64,000 nt of DNA, from positions 12,868 through 76,867 of the forward strand of contig JACPRA010000020.1 of NCBI GenBank assembly GCA_016190215.1. Direction: 5' to 3'. This DNA is from Candidatus Omnitrophota bacterium. GTDB lineage: Bacteria > Omnitrophota > Gorgyraeia > Aquiviventales > Aquiviventaceae. The position numbers and the translations under genes were made by a program. The notes beneath the pieces were generated by a model, which was not told the origin of the DNA, did not search any database, and saw only the letters and a program-made list of their open reading frames with translations. The stretch's first letter is position 1. Each line of letters starts with the position of its first letter. Of the stretch, positions 1 through 8,570 are shown piece by piece.

Positions 1-1
1 G

Positions 2-487
2 CGGCAGGGGCTGTTCACCGGCTACCTCAGCTCCCGCGAATCAGCCTCCCGGCTCGGCTTACCCTCCAGCGGCGGCGCGATGCGCGCCGAGCACTGGGAC
101 ACCCCGCCCCTGGTGCGCATGACCAACGTGAACCTGGAGCCGGGCGAGGCCACCGTCGAGGAACTGCTCCGGGACGTCCGGCGCGGCTACCTGCTCAGCA
201 CCAACAAAAGCTGGTCCATCGACGACAAACGCCTCAACTTCCAGTTCACCACGGAGATCGGCCGCGAGATCATCAACGGGCACATGGGCGCCCTGATCGC
301 CAACCCGCTCTACACCGGCATCACCCCGCAGTTCTGGGGGCGCTGCACCGGTCTGTCCAATAAGGCAAGCTGGCAGTTATGGGGCGTGCCCAACTGCGCC
401 AAAGGCGAGCCGATGCAGCTCATGCACGTCGGGCACGGCGCGCCGTACGCCCGGTTCGACGGCGTATGGATCGGAGCCGCGGACTGA
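2..487 (+). CDS. tldD: TldD-family metalloprotease, C-terminal part (5' end outside window)
   Basis: Open frame from the window edge. The C-terminal motifs GVPNCAKGEPMQLMHVGHGAPYARFDGVWIGA are typical of TldD/PmbA. The stop overlaps the next start (ATGA at 485-489). Confidence 0.7.
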   Translation, partial: RQGLFTGYLSSRESASRLGLPSSGGAMRAEHWDTPPLVRMTNVNLEPGEATVEELLRDVRRGYLLSTNKSWSIDDKRLNFQFTTEIGREIINGHMGALIANPLYTGITPQFWGRCTGLSNKASWQLWGVPNCAKGEPMQLMHVGHGAPYARFDGVWIGAAD

Positions 488-1839
488 TGATCGGCTCCAC
501 ACGACTCCTCGAGGAGTTGACGCGCCTGGCGGCCCGTTCGAAGGCGGACGGCACCAGCATCTGCGCGCAGGGGCAAGGGCGGCACGTGTTGCGCTTCGCC
601 TACGGCACGGTGCATCAGGTGCTGTTTCAAGAGCACATCACCGTCACCATCAAGGCCGTGCTGGGCAAACGGGTGGGGGTGGCCTCCACCGACACCTTCG
701 ACCGCGCGAGCTTGAACCGCACGCTGGCCGCCGCCGTGGCCCTGGCCCGGCACTCCCCCAACCACCCCTCGCTGCCGCCACTGCCCGCCTCTCATCAGCT
801 CTTGACCACGGAAGACCACGACGCTGCGACCGCCCAGGCCGGTCCGGAAGCCTTTTTGCCGTCGCTGAAGCGGCTGTTCCACCTCTGCCAGGGCGCGGGC
901 GCGTCGCTGGCCGGGTCGTGCGCCGTGGGGGAGGACGAGCTGGCCGTCGTCAATTCCGCCGGGGTGGCCTGCTATGCCGCCTCGACGCTGACCGGGGCGA
1001 AGCTGGTGACGATGTACCGCAAGCTCAGCGGCTTCTCCAGCCGGGTGGAGCGCCAGGTGAGCCGGCTCAACCTGGAAGCGCTGCTGGAAACTTCCTTGGG
1101 CCAGTGCCTGCACCGGCAGGCCCCCATCACACTGCCGCTGGGAACCTACGAGGTCATCCTGGAGCCGGAAGCGGTGGCGGAGCTGCTGATGTGGCTGGGT
1201 TCCATCGCGTTCGGCGCCAAGAGTTTTCATGAGAAGAGCAGCTGCATCTCCGGGCGCATCGGCGAGCAGGTGATGGACAAGCGCATCACGATCCTCGACG
1301 ACGGCGCGCACCCGGACGGGCTGCGGATGCTGTTCGATTTCGAGGGGGTGCCCAAGCGGCGCGTCCCGCTCATCAACCGCGGCACGGCGGCCGGCCTGGT
1401 CTACGATACGACCTACGGCCACCTGTACGGCCAGGCCTCCACCGGCCACGGCCTCCCGCCGGACGACGTGGAAGGCCCGCAACCCTTGCACATGTTCTTG
1501 GAGCCGGGCACCGCGTCCCGCGACGAGCTGATTCGCGGCTGCGAGCGGGGCGTCCTGATCCCGAGGTTCCACTACGTCAACGGCCTGCTGAACCCGCCTG
1601 AGGCGCTGATGACCGGCCTCACCCGCGAAGGCGCCTGGCTAATCGAGCGCGGCCGCCGCAAAGCACCGGTGACGACGCTGCGCTTCACGCACAGCCTGCT
1701 GGACGCGCTGCGCCATGTGGTGGCCATTTCGAAAGAGCGCCACCGCGTGGCCGACCCGATGCAGGAATCCGGCTGCGCGGTCGTGCCGGCGCTGCACCTG
1801 GCCCGGTTCAAATTCACCGGCCGCTCCGAGGACGCATGA
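487..1839 (+). CDS. pmbA: PmbA/TldE-family metalloprotease
   Basis: A 450-aa protein immediately downstream of tldD with a 1-nt start/stop overlap. Its composition and length fit a TldD/PmbA family partner. Confidence 0.65.
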   Translation: MIGSTRLLEELTRLAARSKADGTSICAQGQGRHVLRFAYGTVHQVLFQEHITVTIKAVLGKRVGVASTDTFDRASLNRTLAAAVALARHSPNHPSLPPLPASHQLLTTEDHDAATAQAGPEAFLPSLKRLFHLCQGAGASLAGSCAVGEDELAVVNSAGVACYAASTLTGAKLVTMYRKLSGFSSRVERQVSRLNLEALLETSLGQCLHRQAPITLPLGTYEVILEPEAVAELLMWLGSIAFGAKSFHEKSSCISGRIGEQVMDKRITILDDGAHPDGLRMLFDFEGVPKRRVPLINRGTAAGLVYDTTYGHLYGQASTGHGLPPDDVEGPQPLHMFLEPGTASRDELIRGCERGVLIPRFHYVNGLLNPPEALMTGLTREGAWLIERGRRKAPVTTLRFTHSLLDALRHVVAISKERHRVADPMQESGCAVVPALHLARFKFTGRSEDA

Positions 1840-3086
1840 ACCACAGCAGACAGCAGACAGCACACAGCCGACAGACAGGTCCAGAGCGGTATCCGCTTGT
1901 TCTGTTTGCTGTGTGCTGTGTGCTGTGCGCCGGGCTCTCCGTCGGATGCGCGGTGCTGTGGCCGATCGGCTCCCGGGTGCCCCATCATCCGGCCAGGGCG
2001 CAGGAAACACTGGAGGACGGCTACCACGATCACCCCGGCGTCATCCACGTGCACACCACGTACTCCCACGACGCCGACGGCACGCTGGCGGACGTCGCGC
2101 GGGTGGCCAACGCGGAAGGGCTGCACTACGTCATCACGACGGAGCACAATAATCTCCGCTCGCTGCGCGAAGGCAACCAGGGCTGGCACGGCATGACGCT
2201 GATCCTCGTGGGCGAGGAGGTCTCCACGCGGGACGGGCACGTGCTCGCGCTCAACGTGCAGGAGGAGATTGACCGGGACCAGCCCACCCAAGCGATCCTC
2301 GACGAGATCGCCCGGCAGGGCGGGCTGTCGTTCCTGGCCCACCCCTACTTCAAAAAACATCGCTGGAAGAACTGGTCCGTGCAGGGGTTCACCGGGATCG
2401 AGGGATACAACACCACCCACGACGCCTTCGACGAAAACCTGCTGCGCGTGGCGTTGTGGGGCCTGACGGTGTCGCCCCATACGCTGTATCTCTCGCTCGT
2501 GGACCGGCCGTACGATCCGCTGGACCGGTGGGACGCGCTGGTCCGTCGGCACGGCCGCGTCGTCGGCATCGGCTCCAGCGACGCGCATGAAGTCCGCCTG
2601 TTGGGGGTGAAATTCGTGCCGTATGAGGTGCTCTTCAAGCTGGTGCGCACGCACCTGCTCGTGCCCGCCGGCGCGGCGTTGTCGCCGGCCGCGGTGTACG
2701 AGGCGCTGCGCGCCGGCCATGCCTATTTTTCCCTGGACCTGCTCGCGGACGCCACCGGATTCACCTTCATGGCCGACGACGGCCAACAGGTCTTCGGCGT
2801 GATGGGCGATGAGATCGAGCTGGCCGACCCGATGCAGCTGACCGTCATCCTGCCGGCCTCGGCCCACCTCGCGCTCTTCAAAGACGGCAGCGTAACGGCC
2901 ACCAGCGTCGGGCGGGTGTGGCACATCCGCGTGAGCGAGCCGGGCAGTTACCGGGTGGAGGCTTCCTTGAACGGCAAGCCCTGGATTTTTTCCAACCCCA
3001 TCTACGTCAGCCTACAGCCTACAGCACACAGCATACAGAACGAGCCGTCGTCTTCAATGCCCTCCCCGACCCCCACCGCGGAGTGA
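1836..3086 (+). CDS. PHP-domain metal-dependent phosphoesterase, secreted/membrane-anchored
   Basis: Carries the HVHTTYSHDADG ... ITTEHNN PHP motifs. The N-terminus MNHSRQQTAHSRQ...[13 protein letters not shown] is encoded entirely by the family-1 palindrome. The start overlaps the pmbA stop (ATGA). Confidence 0.7.
   Translation: MNHSRQQTAHSRQTGPERYPLVLFAVCCVLCAGLSVGCAVLWPIGSRVPHHPARAQETLEDGYHDHPGVIHVHTTYSHDADGTLADVARVANAEGLHYVITTEHNNLRSLREGNQGWHGMTLILVGEEVSTRDGHVLALNVQEEIDRDQPTQAILDEIARQGGLSFLAHPYFKKHRWKNWSVQGFTGIEGYNTTHDAFDENLLRVALWGLTVSPHTLYLSLVDRPYDPLDRWDALVRRHGRVVGIGSSDAHEVRLLGVKFVPYEVLFKLVRTHLLVPAGAALSPAAVYEALRAGHAYFSLDLLADATGFTFMADDGQQVFGVMGDEIELADPMQLTVILPASAHLALFKDGSVTATSVGRVWHIRVSEPGSYRVEASLNGKPWIFSNPIYVSLQPTAHSIQNEPSSSMPSPTPTAE
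1843..1935. repeat. Palindromic heptamer-repeat element, family 1 (CAGCAGA/CAGCACA ... GCTGTGT), full hairpin
   Basis: The left arm cagcagacagcagacagcacacagccgacagacag and right arm ctgtttgctgtgtgctgtgtgctgtgcgcc form an inverted repeat. It is embedded in the first 35 codons of the PHP gene. Confidence 0.85.
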
Positions 3087-3152
3087 CCGGCAACCCCCTA
3101 TGACGCGCCGAAACATGTTCACTCTGTTTGCTGTGTGCTGTCTGCTATGTGC
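3008..3152. repeat. Family-1 repeat, two arms separated by about 80 nt spanning the PHP 3' end and lipoprotein 5' end
   Basis: The left arm is cctacagcctacagcacacagcatacag (3008-3040). The right arm is ctgtttgctgtgtgctgtctgctatgtgct (3118-3150). The right arm encodes the lipoprotein signal peptide LFAVCCLLCASLGC. Confidence 0.75.
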
Positions 3153-4065
3153 TAGCCTGGGCTGCGCCCACGTGCGGCTGGACCCGCGCTATCAGGGCGT
3201 CCAACCGCTTCCTCCTGAGGCCGTCGAGTACTACACCGTCCCGGGCGAGCCGCCCGCTGCGGAACCGGAATGGATCGAGGAGCGCAGAGCGTACCGTCGA
3301 GGTATGGTGCGATTTCCGTTGCAGGCGGATTTCGAGCCCACCGAACCGATGGTGGAGATCGAATGGTTCGAATCCCGCAAACCCGGCCGGCGGCCGGCGA
3401 TCCTCTTTTCCCCGATCCTCGGCGGCGACTACCCGCTGGAGCGAGGATTTTGCAAGTACTTTGCTTCCAAAGGGTTCCATGTCGCTTTGGTCCACAGAAA
3501 AACGCTGAAAATTTCTCCGGAGCACGGCGCCGACCGCATCGAGCTGTTGCTGCGCCAGACCGTCGTGCGCAACCGGCAGATCGTCGGCTGGATGAGCCGG
3601 CAGCCGCGCGTGGACCCGGAGCGACTCGGCGGCGTCGGCATCAGCATGGGCGGGATGGCGGATCTCATCACGGCGGCGGTGGAGCCGCGCCTGAAAGCGC
3701 ATGTCGTCCTCCTGGCCGGCGGCAGCTTGGCCGACATCATCCGCGATTCCCGCGACCGCCTGCTGACCAAACCCCGCGGCCGGTATCTGGCCGCCCACGG
3801 CCTGGATATCCCGACGATGCACCGGCGGCTCAGCGACGAGATCCACACCGATCCGCTGCGCTTCGCTCCGTACGTGGATGCCAGGCGGCTGCTCATGTTC
3901 ATCGCCCTCAACGACTCCACCATCGGCCGGAGCAACGCGCTGCGGCTCTGGCGCGCCGTCGGAAAACCACAGGTCATTTTCGCCCCAACCGGCCATTACA
4001 CCTCCTACCTGTACTTGCCCTATCTTAAATACGCCTCCCTGAAATTCCTCCGCAAGCACCTGTAA
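3100..4065 (+). CDS. Lipoprotein with alpha/beta-hydrolase fold
   Basis: Has a lipobox SLGC after a hydrophobic N-terminus and a GISMGG nucleophile-elbow-like motif. About 320 aa. Confidence 0.5.
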   Translation: MTRRNMFTLFAVCCLLCASLGCAHVRLDPRYQGVQPLPPEAVEYYTVPGEPPAAEPEWIEERRAYRRGMVRFPLQADFEPTEPMVEIEWFESRKPGRRPAILFSPILGGDYPLERGFCKYFASKGFHVALVHRKTLKISPEHGADRIELLLRQTVVRNRQIVGWMSRQPRVDPERLGGVGISMGGMADLITAAVEPRLKAHVVLLAGGSLADIIRDSRDRLLTKPRGRYLAAHGLDIPTMHRRLSDEIHTDPLRFAPYVDARRLLMFIALNDSTIGRSNALRLWRAVGKPQVIFAPTGHYTSYLYLPYLKYASLKFLRKHL

Positions 4066-4161
4066 TCGCGTCCCGCGTAAAAATTAATTCTAACTCATTG
4101 TTATACAGTAAGATACAGTCAACCAGACCTTCGGGGGATATGGTATAGTTACCTTGGTAAC
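4066..4161 (+). promoter_or_regulatory. AT-rich intergenic region, putative promoter of the PilX-like gene
   Basis: A sharp GC drop (taaaaattaattctaactcattgttatacagtaagatacagtc ... tatggtatagtt) in an otherwise roughly 65% GC window. Contains TATAGT/TATACA-like -10 candidates. Confidence 0.35.
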
Positions 4162-4191
4162 ATGGAGGCAGTGCACCTGGAGGGTTCTGGG

Positions 4192-5736
4192 ATGTTCTGG
4201 CGGCAGTTCGAGACAACGCGGACGCGACACCAGCGCCGGTCTTCCGAGCGCGGGGCCGTCTTCCTGCTGCAGAGCTATCTCACGGTGTTTTGGTTCGTCG
4301 TCCTGACCACCGCCATGCTCACCCGCAGCTCCATGGAGCTGCGCCACTCGCAAGTGGCCCTGGAGGAGCACCAGGCGTTCTGGCAGGCGGAGGCCGGTCT
4401 GGACGAAACCCTCTACGGCATCAAAACCAATCCGCCCGCGCTGGCCGCCAATGAATGCACGGAGCCGACGGACCAGCTGCTGTCGCTGTCGGTGGGAGAG
4501 GGCTACGCGTACACGTACCAGGTGTGCCTGAACGAAAACGGGCAATACAGCGTGATCTCCACCGGCGAAGGCAACACCTCGGCGATCGAAGAACTCAGCA
4601 CCACGGTGGCCATTCCGAACGACAACCTGCGCTTCCGGCAGGCGGTGTTGGCCATTGACCAGATGGTCACGCGCCAGGCGACGTTCGGGGCCGTCAGTTC
4701 GGTGCTCACGACGCTGGGCGGAGGCACCACGCTGGTGTTGCCGTCCACTACTACTCTGAACCGGCAGGCCCATCTGGTGGCGCTCGCCAAGAACCCCGAC
4801 GGCGCAGCCGTCAAGCTCTCTGAGCGTTCCTACGTCAAAGGGAACGTGGTCATCCCGCCGGGGCTCACGTCAACCTCAGGATTGGTCATTGAAGAAGACA
4901 GCTCCCTCACCAATGAACAGGGGACCAGCGAGGCCAGCGTCTTGGAGGACCGGATCGTCTTGCCGGAACCCGTGGCCGTGCCGAGCGATGCAGTCAATCT
5001 TGGCGCGCTGGAACTGAAGGGCACCACCCGGTGCCTTGAGCCCGGCACGTACAAAACCACCAGCCTGGTCATGAGCAAAGAGGGCGGCGTGGAGCCGGTG
5101 CTCTGCACGAAAGGCGCGGTGAATCTCTACGTCACCGGCACCGTCACGCAGTCGTCCGGACGCCTGTACGGCCAGCCGGACACGACGAGCAGCACGCCGA
5201 TGAACCGGTACTCCCCCAAGCACCTGCGGATCTTCGTCACGGGAGAGCAGGAAGTGAAGTTCGGCGCCAGCATCACTGCCGCCGTGGTGTACGCGCCCCG
5301 CGCCCACGTGATCATCGGCAAGAAGCAGGTCTTCATGGGATCGGTCATCGCCAAGAAGGCGTCCATCGGCGGAACCGGCGAAGGCAACCGGACCTATTTC
5401 CTCTACGACCAGGCGCTGGCGAACGAGCGGTTCTCGGTGAACACCGGAACCCGCCAGGTGACCGTGCAGGCCCAGCAGGCCGTGCCCCAGGCCAGCGTCT
5501 CGCACTTCGCCGCCGGCACGGTGCCCTTCCGGGTCATTGACGGGTTTGATCCTTCCCACAGGATTGTCGCGCCGCCGGCGGGCGGAGGGCACAGCTTCAG
5601 CGCCCAATCCGCGACCCCCACGACCGCACCGAAAACGGAGTTGTCCGCCGCGGAGAAGCTCGCCGCCTACCTGAAAGAGTTGCTCAAGAAGGCTGCCGCG
5701 GCGATCAGCGCCTACCTGCGGGATCACGACGATTGA
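4192..5736 (+). CDS. PilX N-terminal domain protein (putative type IV pilus/pseudopilus minor component)
   Basis: The N-terminal anchor VFLLQSYLTVFWFVVLTTAMLTRSSMELRHSQVALEEHQAFWQAEAGLDE matches the PilX_N pattern (TM helix followed by QAfxaAEAGl). There is a GGAGGG RBS 8 nt before the ATG at 4192; an alternative ATG lies at 4162. Confidence 0.5.
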   Translation: MFWRQFETTRTRHQRRSSERGAVFLLQSYLTVFWFVVLTTAMLTRSSMELRHSQVALEEHQAFWQAEAGLDETLYGIKTNPPALAANECTEPTDQLLSLSVGEGYAYTYQVCLNENGQYSVISTGEGNTSAIEELSTTVAIPNDNLRFRQAVLAIDQMVTRQATFGAVSSVLTTLGGGTTLVLPSTTTLNRQAHLVALAKNPDGAAVKLSERSYVKGNVVIPPGLTSTSGLVIEEDSSLTNEQGTSEASVLEDRIVLPEPVAVPSDAVNLGALELKGTTRCLEPGTYKTTSLVMSKEGGVEPVLCTKGAVNLYVTGTVTQSSGRLYGQPDTTSSTPMNRYSPKHLRIFVTGEQEVKFGASITAAVVYAPRAHVIIGKKQVFMGSVIAKKASIGGTGEGNRTYFLYDQALANERFSVNTGTRQVTVQAQQAVPQASVSHFAAGTVPFRVIDGFDPSHRIVAPPAGGGHSFSAQSATPTTAPKTELSAAEKLAAYLKELLKKAAAAISAYLRDHDD

Positions 5737-5814
5737 TAGAGCGTCGGCGGCGTAGCCGACCCGCGTTCGCGGCATTCTTGTTCCCGGCCTTCCCGTCCCT
5801 GCTATAATACCCGC

Positions 5815-6768
5815 ATGTCCATTCAGAAGGTCTTGCTGGCCAAACCGCGCGGATTCTGCGCCGGCGTAGACCGGGCCATTGAGACGGTGGAGCTCGCGCT
5901 CTTGCGCTTGCCCGGGCCGGTCTACGTCCGCCGGGAGATCGTGCATAACCCGCACGTCGTCAACGCGCTGCGGGAAAAGGGCACGAAGTTCGTCGAGGAG
6001 GTCGAGGAGATTCCGGAGGGCGCCACGGCGATCTTCAGCGCCCACGGCATCTCGCCCGCCGTCCGGGAGGCGGCTGCTACCCGACGCCTCCAGGTCATTG
6101 ACGCCACCTGCCCCCTGGTCACCAAAGTGCACGTCGAGGCCACGCGCTATGCCCAAGCCGGGTACACGATCCTGCTGGTCGGGCATGCGGGGCACGACGA
6201 GGTGATCGGCACCACGGGGGAAGCCCCGGAGGCCATCCGGCTGGTCCAGACCGTGGAGGAAGCGGAGCAGGTCGCGGTGGCCGATCCGGACAAAGTGGCC
6301 GTGATCACCCAGACCACCTTGAGCCTCGATGACACCGCCGCCATCATCGCCGTGTTGAAGCGGCGCTTCCCGGCGCTGCTCGCGCCGGCCAAGCAGGACA
6401 TCTGCTATGCCACGCAGAACCGGCAGAACGCCGTCAAAGCGATCGCGGCGGAAGCTGAGGTCATCCTTGTGATCGGGGCGAAGAACAGCTCCAACTCCAT
6501 CCGCCTGACCGAAGTCGCCGAAGACGCCGGGCGCCGGGCGCACCTGATCAACCACGCGTCGGAAATTGACCCCCGGTGGCTGGAGGGAGCGCGCTGCATC
6601 GGCGTGACCTCCGGCGCGTCGGCGCCTGAGCACCTCGTGCAGGAAGTGGTCGAGCGGCTCAAGAGCTTGGGGGCATCTCAAGTCGAAGAGTGGGAGCTGG
6701 TGCGCGAGGACGTCAACTTCGGCCTGCCGAGCGAGCTGACCTCCTCCATCGCGAAAACCCGCGTGTAA
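5815..6768 (+). CDS. ispH: 4-hydroxy-3-methylbut-2-enyl diphosphate reductase
   Basis: MSIQKVLLAKPRGFCAGVDRAIE is a typical IspH/LytB N-terminus. The protein is 317 aa. Confidence 0.9.
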   Translation: MSIQKVLLAKPRGFCAGVDRAIETVELALLRLPGPVYVRREIVHNPHVVNALREKGTKFVEEVEEIPEGATAIFSAHGISPAVREAAATRRLQVIDATCPLVTKVHVEATRYAQAGYTILLVGHAGHDEVIGTTGEAPEAIRLVQTVEEAEQVAVADPDKVAVITQTTLSLDDTAAIIAVLKRRFPALLAPAKQDICYATQNRQNAVKAIAAEAEVILVIGAKNSSNSIRLTEVAEDAGRRAHLINHASEIDPRWLEGARCIGVTSGASAPEHLVQEVVERLKSLGASQVEEWELVREDVNFGLPSELTSSIAKTRV

Positions 6769-6781
6769 CTCCGCCCGCCCC

Positions 6782-7195
6782 GTGAAACACCTCACCGAGT
6801 ACTTGTGGTTCCACACTAAGACCCGCCGCGACCTGGTCAATATCACCGACCGGATCGGCGAGCTTGTGGCCGACAGCGGCGTGCAGGAGGGGTTCTGCCT
6901 CGTCTCGGCGATGCACATCACCGCCGGCATCTGGGTCAACGATGACGAGGACGGCTTGTGGAAGGATTTATGGGAGCTGCTGGACCGGCTGGTCCCGGTG
7001 GAGCGGGCCTACCAGCACCACCTCACCGGGGAAGACAACGGCGACGCCCACCTGAAGCGCACGCTGGTGCATCATCAGGCCATCCTCCCGATCACCAAGG
7101 GCAAGCTGGACTTGGGCCCGTGGGAGCAGGTCTTCTATGCCGAGTTCGACGGCCGCCGCAAGAAGCGCGTGGTAGTCAAGATCCTCGGTGAGTGA
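6782..7195 (+). CDS. yjbQ: YjbQ/UPF0047 family secondary thiamine-phosphate synthase-like enzyme
   Basis: 137 aa. The conserved LVSAMHITAGIWVNDDEDGLWKDL ... HHLTGEDNGDAHLKRTL matches YjbQ. Confidence 0.75.
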   Translation: MKHLTEYLWFHTKTRRDLVNITDRIGELVADSGVQEGFCLVSAMHITAGIWVNDDEDGLWKDLWELLDRLVPVERAYQHHLTGEDNGDAHLKRTLVHHQAILPITKGKLDLGPWEQVFYAEFDGRRKKRVVVKILGE

Positions 7196-7310
7196 ACTTG
7201 ATTATGGATGCCTGACGAAAGATGATGCTGGATGACTGATGATAGGTGATGGATGTCGTTCGCCCTTCATCAATCATCCATCATCAGGCATCAATCATCT
7301 CTCCTCAGAA
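7196..7310. repeat. Palindromic element of about 100 bp, family 3 (GATGATGGATG), copy 1
   Basis: The arms gatgcctgacga...gatgatag and catcaatcatccatcatcaggcatc form a long stem. It is about 93% identical to the copy at 18858-18975. It sits between the convergent genes yjbQ and the C45 peptidase. Confidence 0.85.
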
Positions 7311-8508
7311 GTTCCTCTACGTTAAGGCGGTGGTACGGGGTCTGAGCCGCCCGCGTCATTCCCTGCGCATTGGCGACCCACATGTCGGGCCACGCAAACA
7401 CCACGCTTTGCATATTGGAGCCGGGGGCCACCGCCTGCGCGATTTGCATCGCGCCCTGGGCGTCGAGACGGCCGTAGTGGGCCATGAGGCCGGCGGCTTG
7501 GCCGAGATAGCGCACCTCATACGCGGAGCCGGACGGCGGCTCCAGCCCCGGGCGCTTGGGGTCCCCGCCGGAGGCGATCTGCCTGGCGCGGATGCCGGGG
7601 TCCATCGCCGTATCCGCGCGCAGCACGGCATCCGGCACCGGGCGGGCGTAGGAGACTCCGGCTTCCTTCGGGTCGTCCGCCTGGAAGACCACCGCCTGCC
7701 GGTGCGTGGTTTCGACCGCCACCGCCCGCGGCGGCTCGGCCTGCGCGATCACGTAGTTGACGCCGACGGTGCGGGGCGCCGTCCGGATGATCTCCACCGC
7801 TTGGTCCAGCGCGGAGGCGTCTTCCAACACGCGGCGCATCAGGAACACCATGGGGATCCCGCGGGCGGAGATGTCGTCGGTTTCCGCGCCCACCTGCCCG
7901 ATCGAGATCGCCTGGTCATTGATGCCGGTGAGGACGCCGATAAACCCGGCCCACCCCGCATTCACAAACGCGCGGCGGCCCGACGGCTTCACCACGAACA
8001 CCGCCGCAAACTGCTGGAGGCCCACCTCGATGTTCCAATCCAGGTTCCGGCTATGCACCAGCCGTCCCGATGAGGTGGCGCGCCCCCAGGCCGCCACGTT
8101 CGCGCAGGAATACGTGCGGTCTGGAATCGCGTGCAGGCGGGCCAGCTCGCGCAGCGGCACGCCGGACCCCTGCGCCAACCCCCGCAGTTCTTCGCGGTAG
8201 GCCTCCGGCAGAAAATCCCATCCCTGCGCCCAGGCACGGTCCAGCCACCAGTCCGCCGCCCAGCGGTTGACCAGCGGCACCTTCAGGTAGCGCCGGAAGT
8301 AGCTCAGCACCTGCGCCACACACTGCCGCACCTCCTCGCGCAGCAGCTCCCCATGCTGCCGTCCCAGCTCGTACGGTGAGCCCTCCAGAAAAACGATGGG
8401 AAGTTCTTCCTGATATTCGACGTGCGCCGCCTCCGCCGTGACAAGTGACAAGTTACAAGTGACAAGAATCATGACCAACCACACTCGCCAGGTTCGCATT
8501 TCTTTCAC
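7291..8508 (-). CDS. C45-family peptidase (acyl-CoA:6-APA acyltransferase-like), secreted
   Basis: Has the autoproteolytic YSCANVAAWG motif region. The signal peptide MILVTCNLSLVTAEA is encoded by the GTGACAAG repeat arm. An AGGTGA RBS precedes the start. Confidence 0.5.
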   Translation of the reverse strand: MKEMRTWRVWLVMILVTCNLSLVTAEAAHVEYQEELPIVFLEGSPYELGRQHGELLREEVRQCVAQVLSYFRRYLKVPLVNRWAADWWLDRAWAQGWDFLPEAYREELRGLAQGSGVPLRELARLHAIPDRTYSCANVAAWGRATSSGRLVHSRNLDWNIEVGLQQFAAVFVVKPSGRRAFVNAGWAGFIGVLTGINDQAISIGQVGAETDDISARGIPMVFLMRRVLEDASALDQAVEIIRTAPRTVGVNYVIAQAEPPRAVAVETTHRQAVVFQADDPKEAGVSYARPVPDAVLRADTAMDPGIRARQIASGGDPKRPGLEPPSGSAYEVRYLGQAAGLMAHYGRLDAQGAMQIAQAVAPGSNMQSVVFAWPDMWVANAQGMTRAAQTPYHRLNVEELLRRDD

Positions 8509-8570
8509 CTGTCACCTGTCACGTGTCACTTGTTGCCCGCCCTGTCACCTATCACTTCATCCATCATCCG
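8436..8570. repeat. Family-2 heptamer repeat (GTGACAG), inverted pair
   Basis: The left arm is gtgacaagtgacaagttacaagtgacaag (8438-8466). The right arm is cacctgtcacctgtcacgtgtcacttgt...ctgtcacctatcac (8505-8560). The left arm encodes the C45 signal peptide. The right arm encodes the ceramidase C-terminus GDRAGNK plus stop. Confidence 0.85.

Noticed and set aside
4876-6939. 687-aa ORF on the minus strand
   Set aside because: It is antisense to ispH and the PilX-like gene and has Arg/Gly/Ala-rich low-complexity composition. A spurious long ORF expected in 65% GC DNA.
7246-8073. ORFs beginning MMDVVRPSSIIHHQASII (7246 and 18911)
   Set aside because: Their shared N-termini are simply translations of the palindromic repeat, and they run antisense to real genes.
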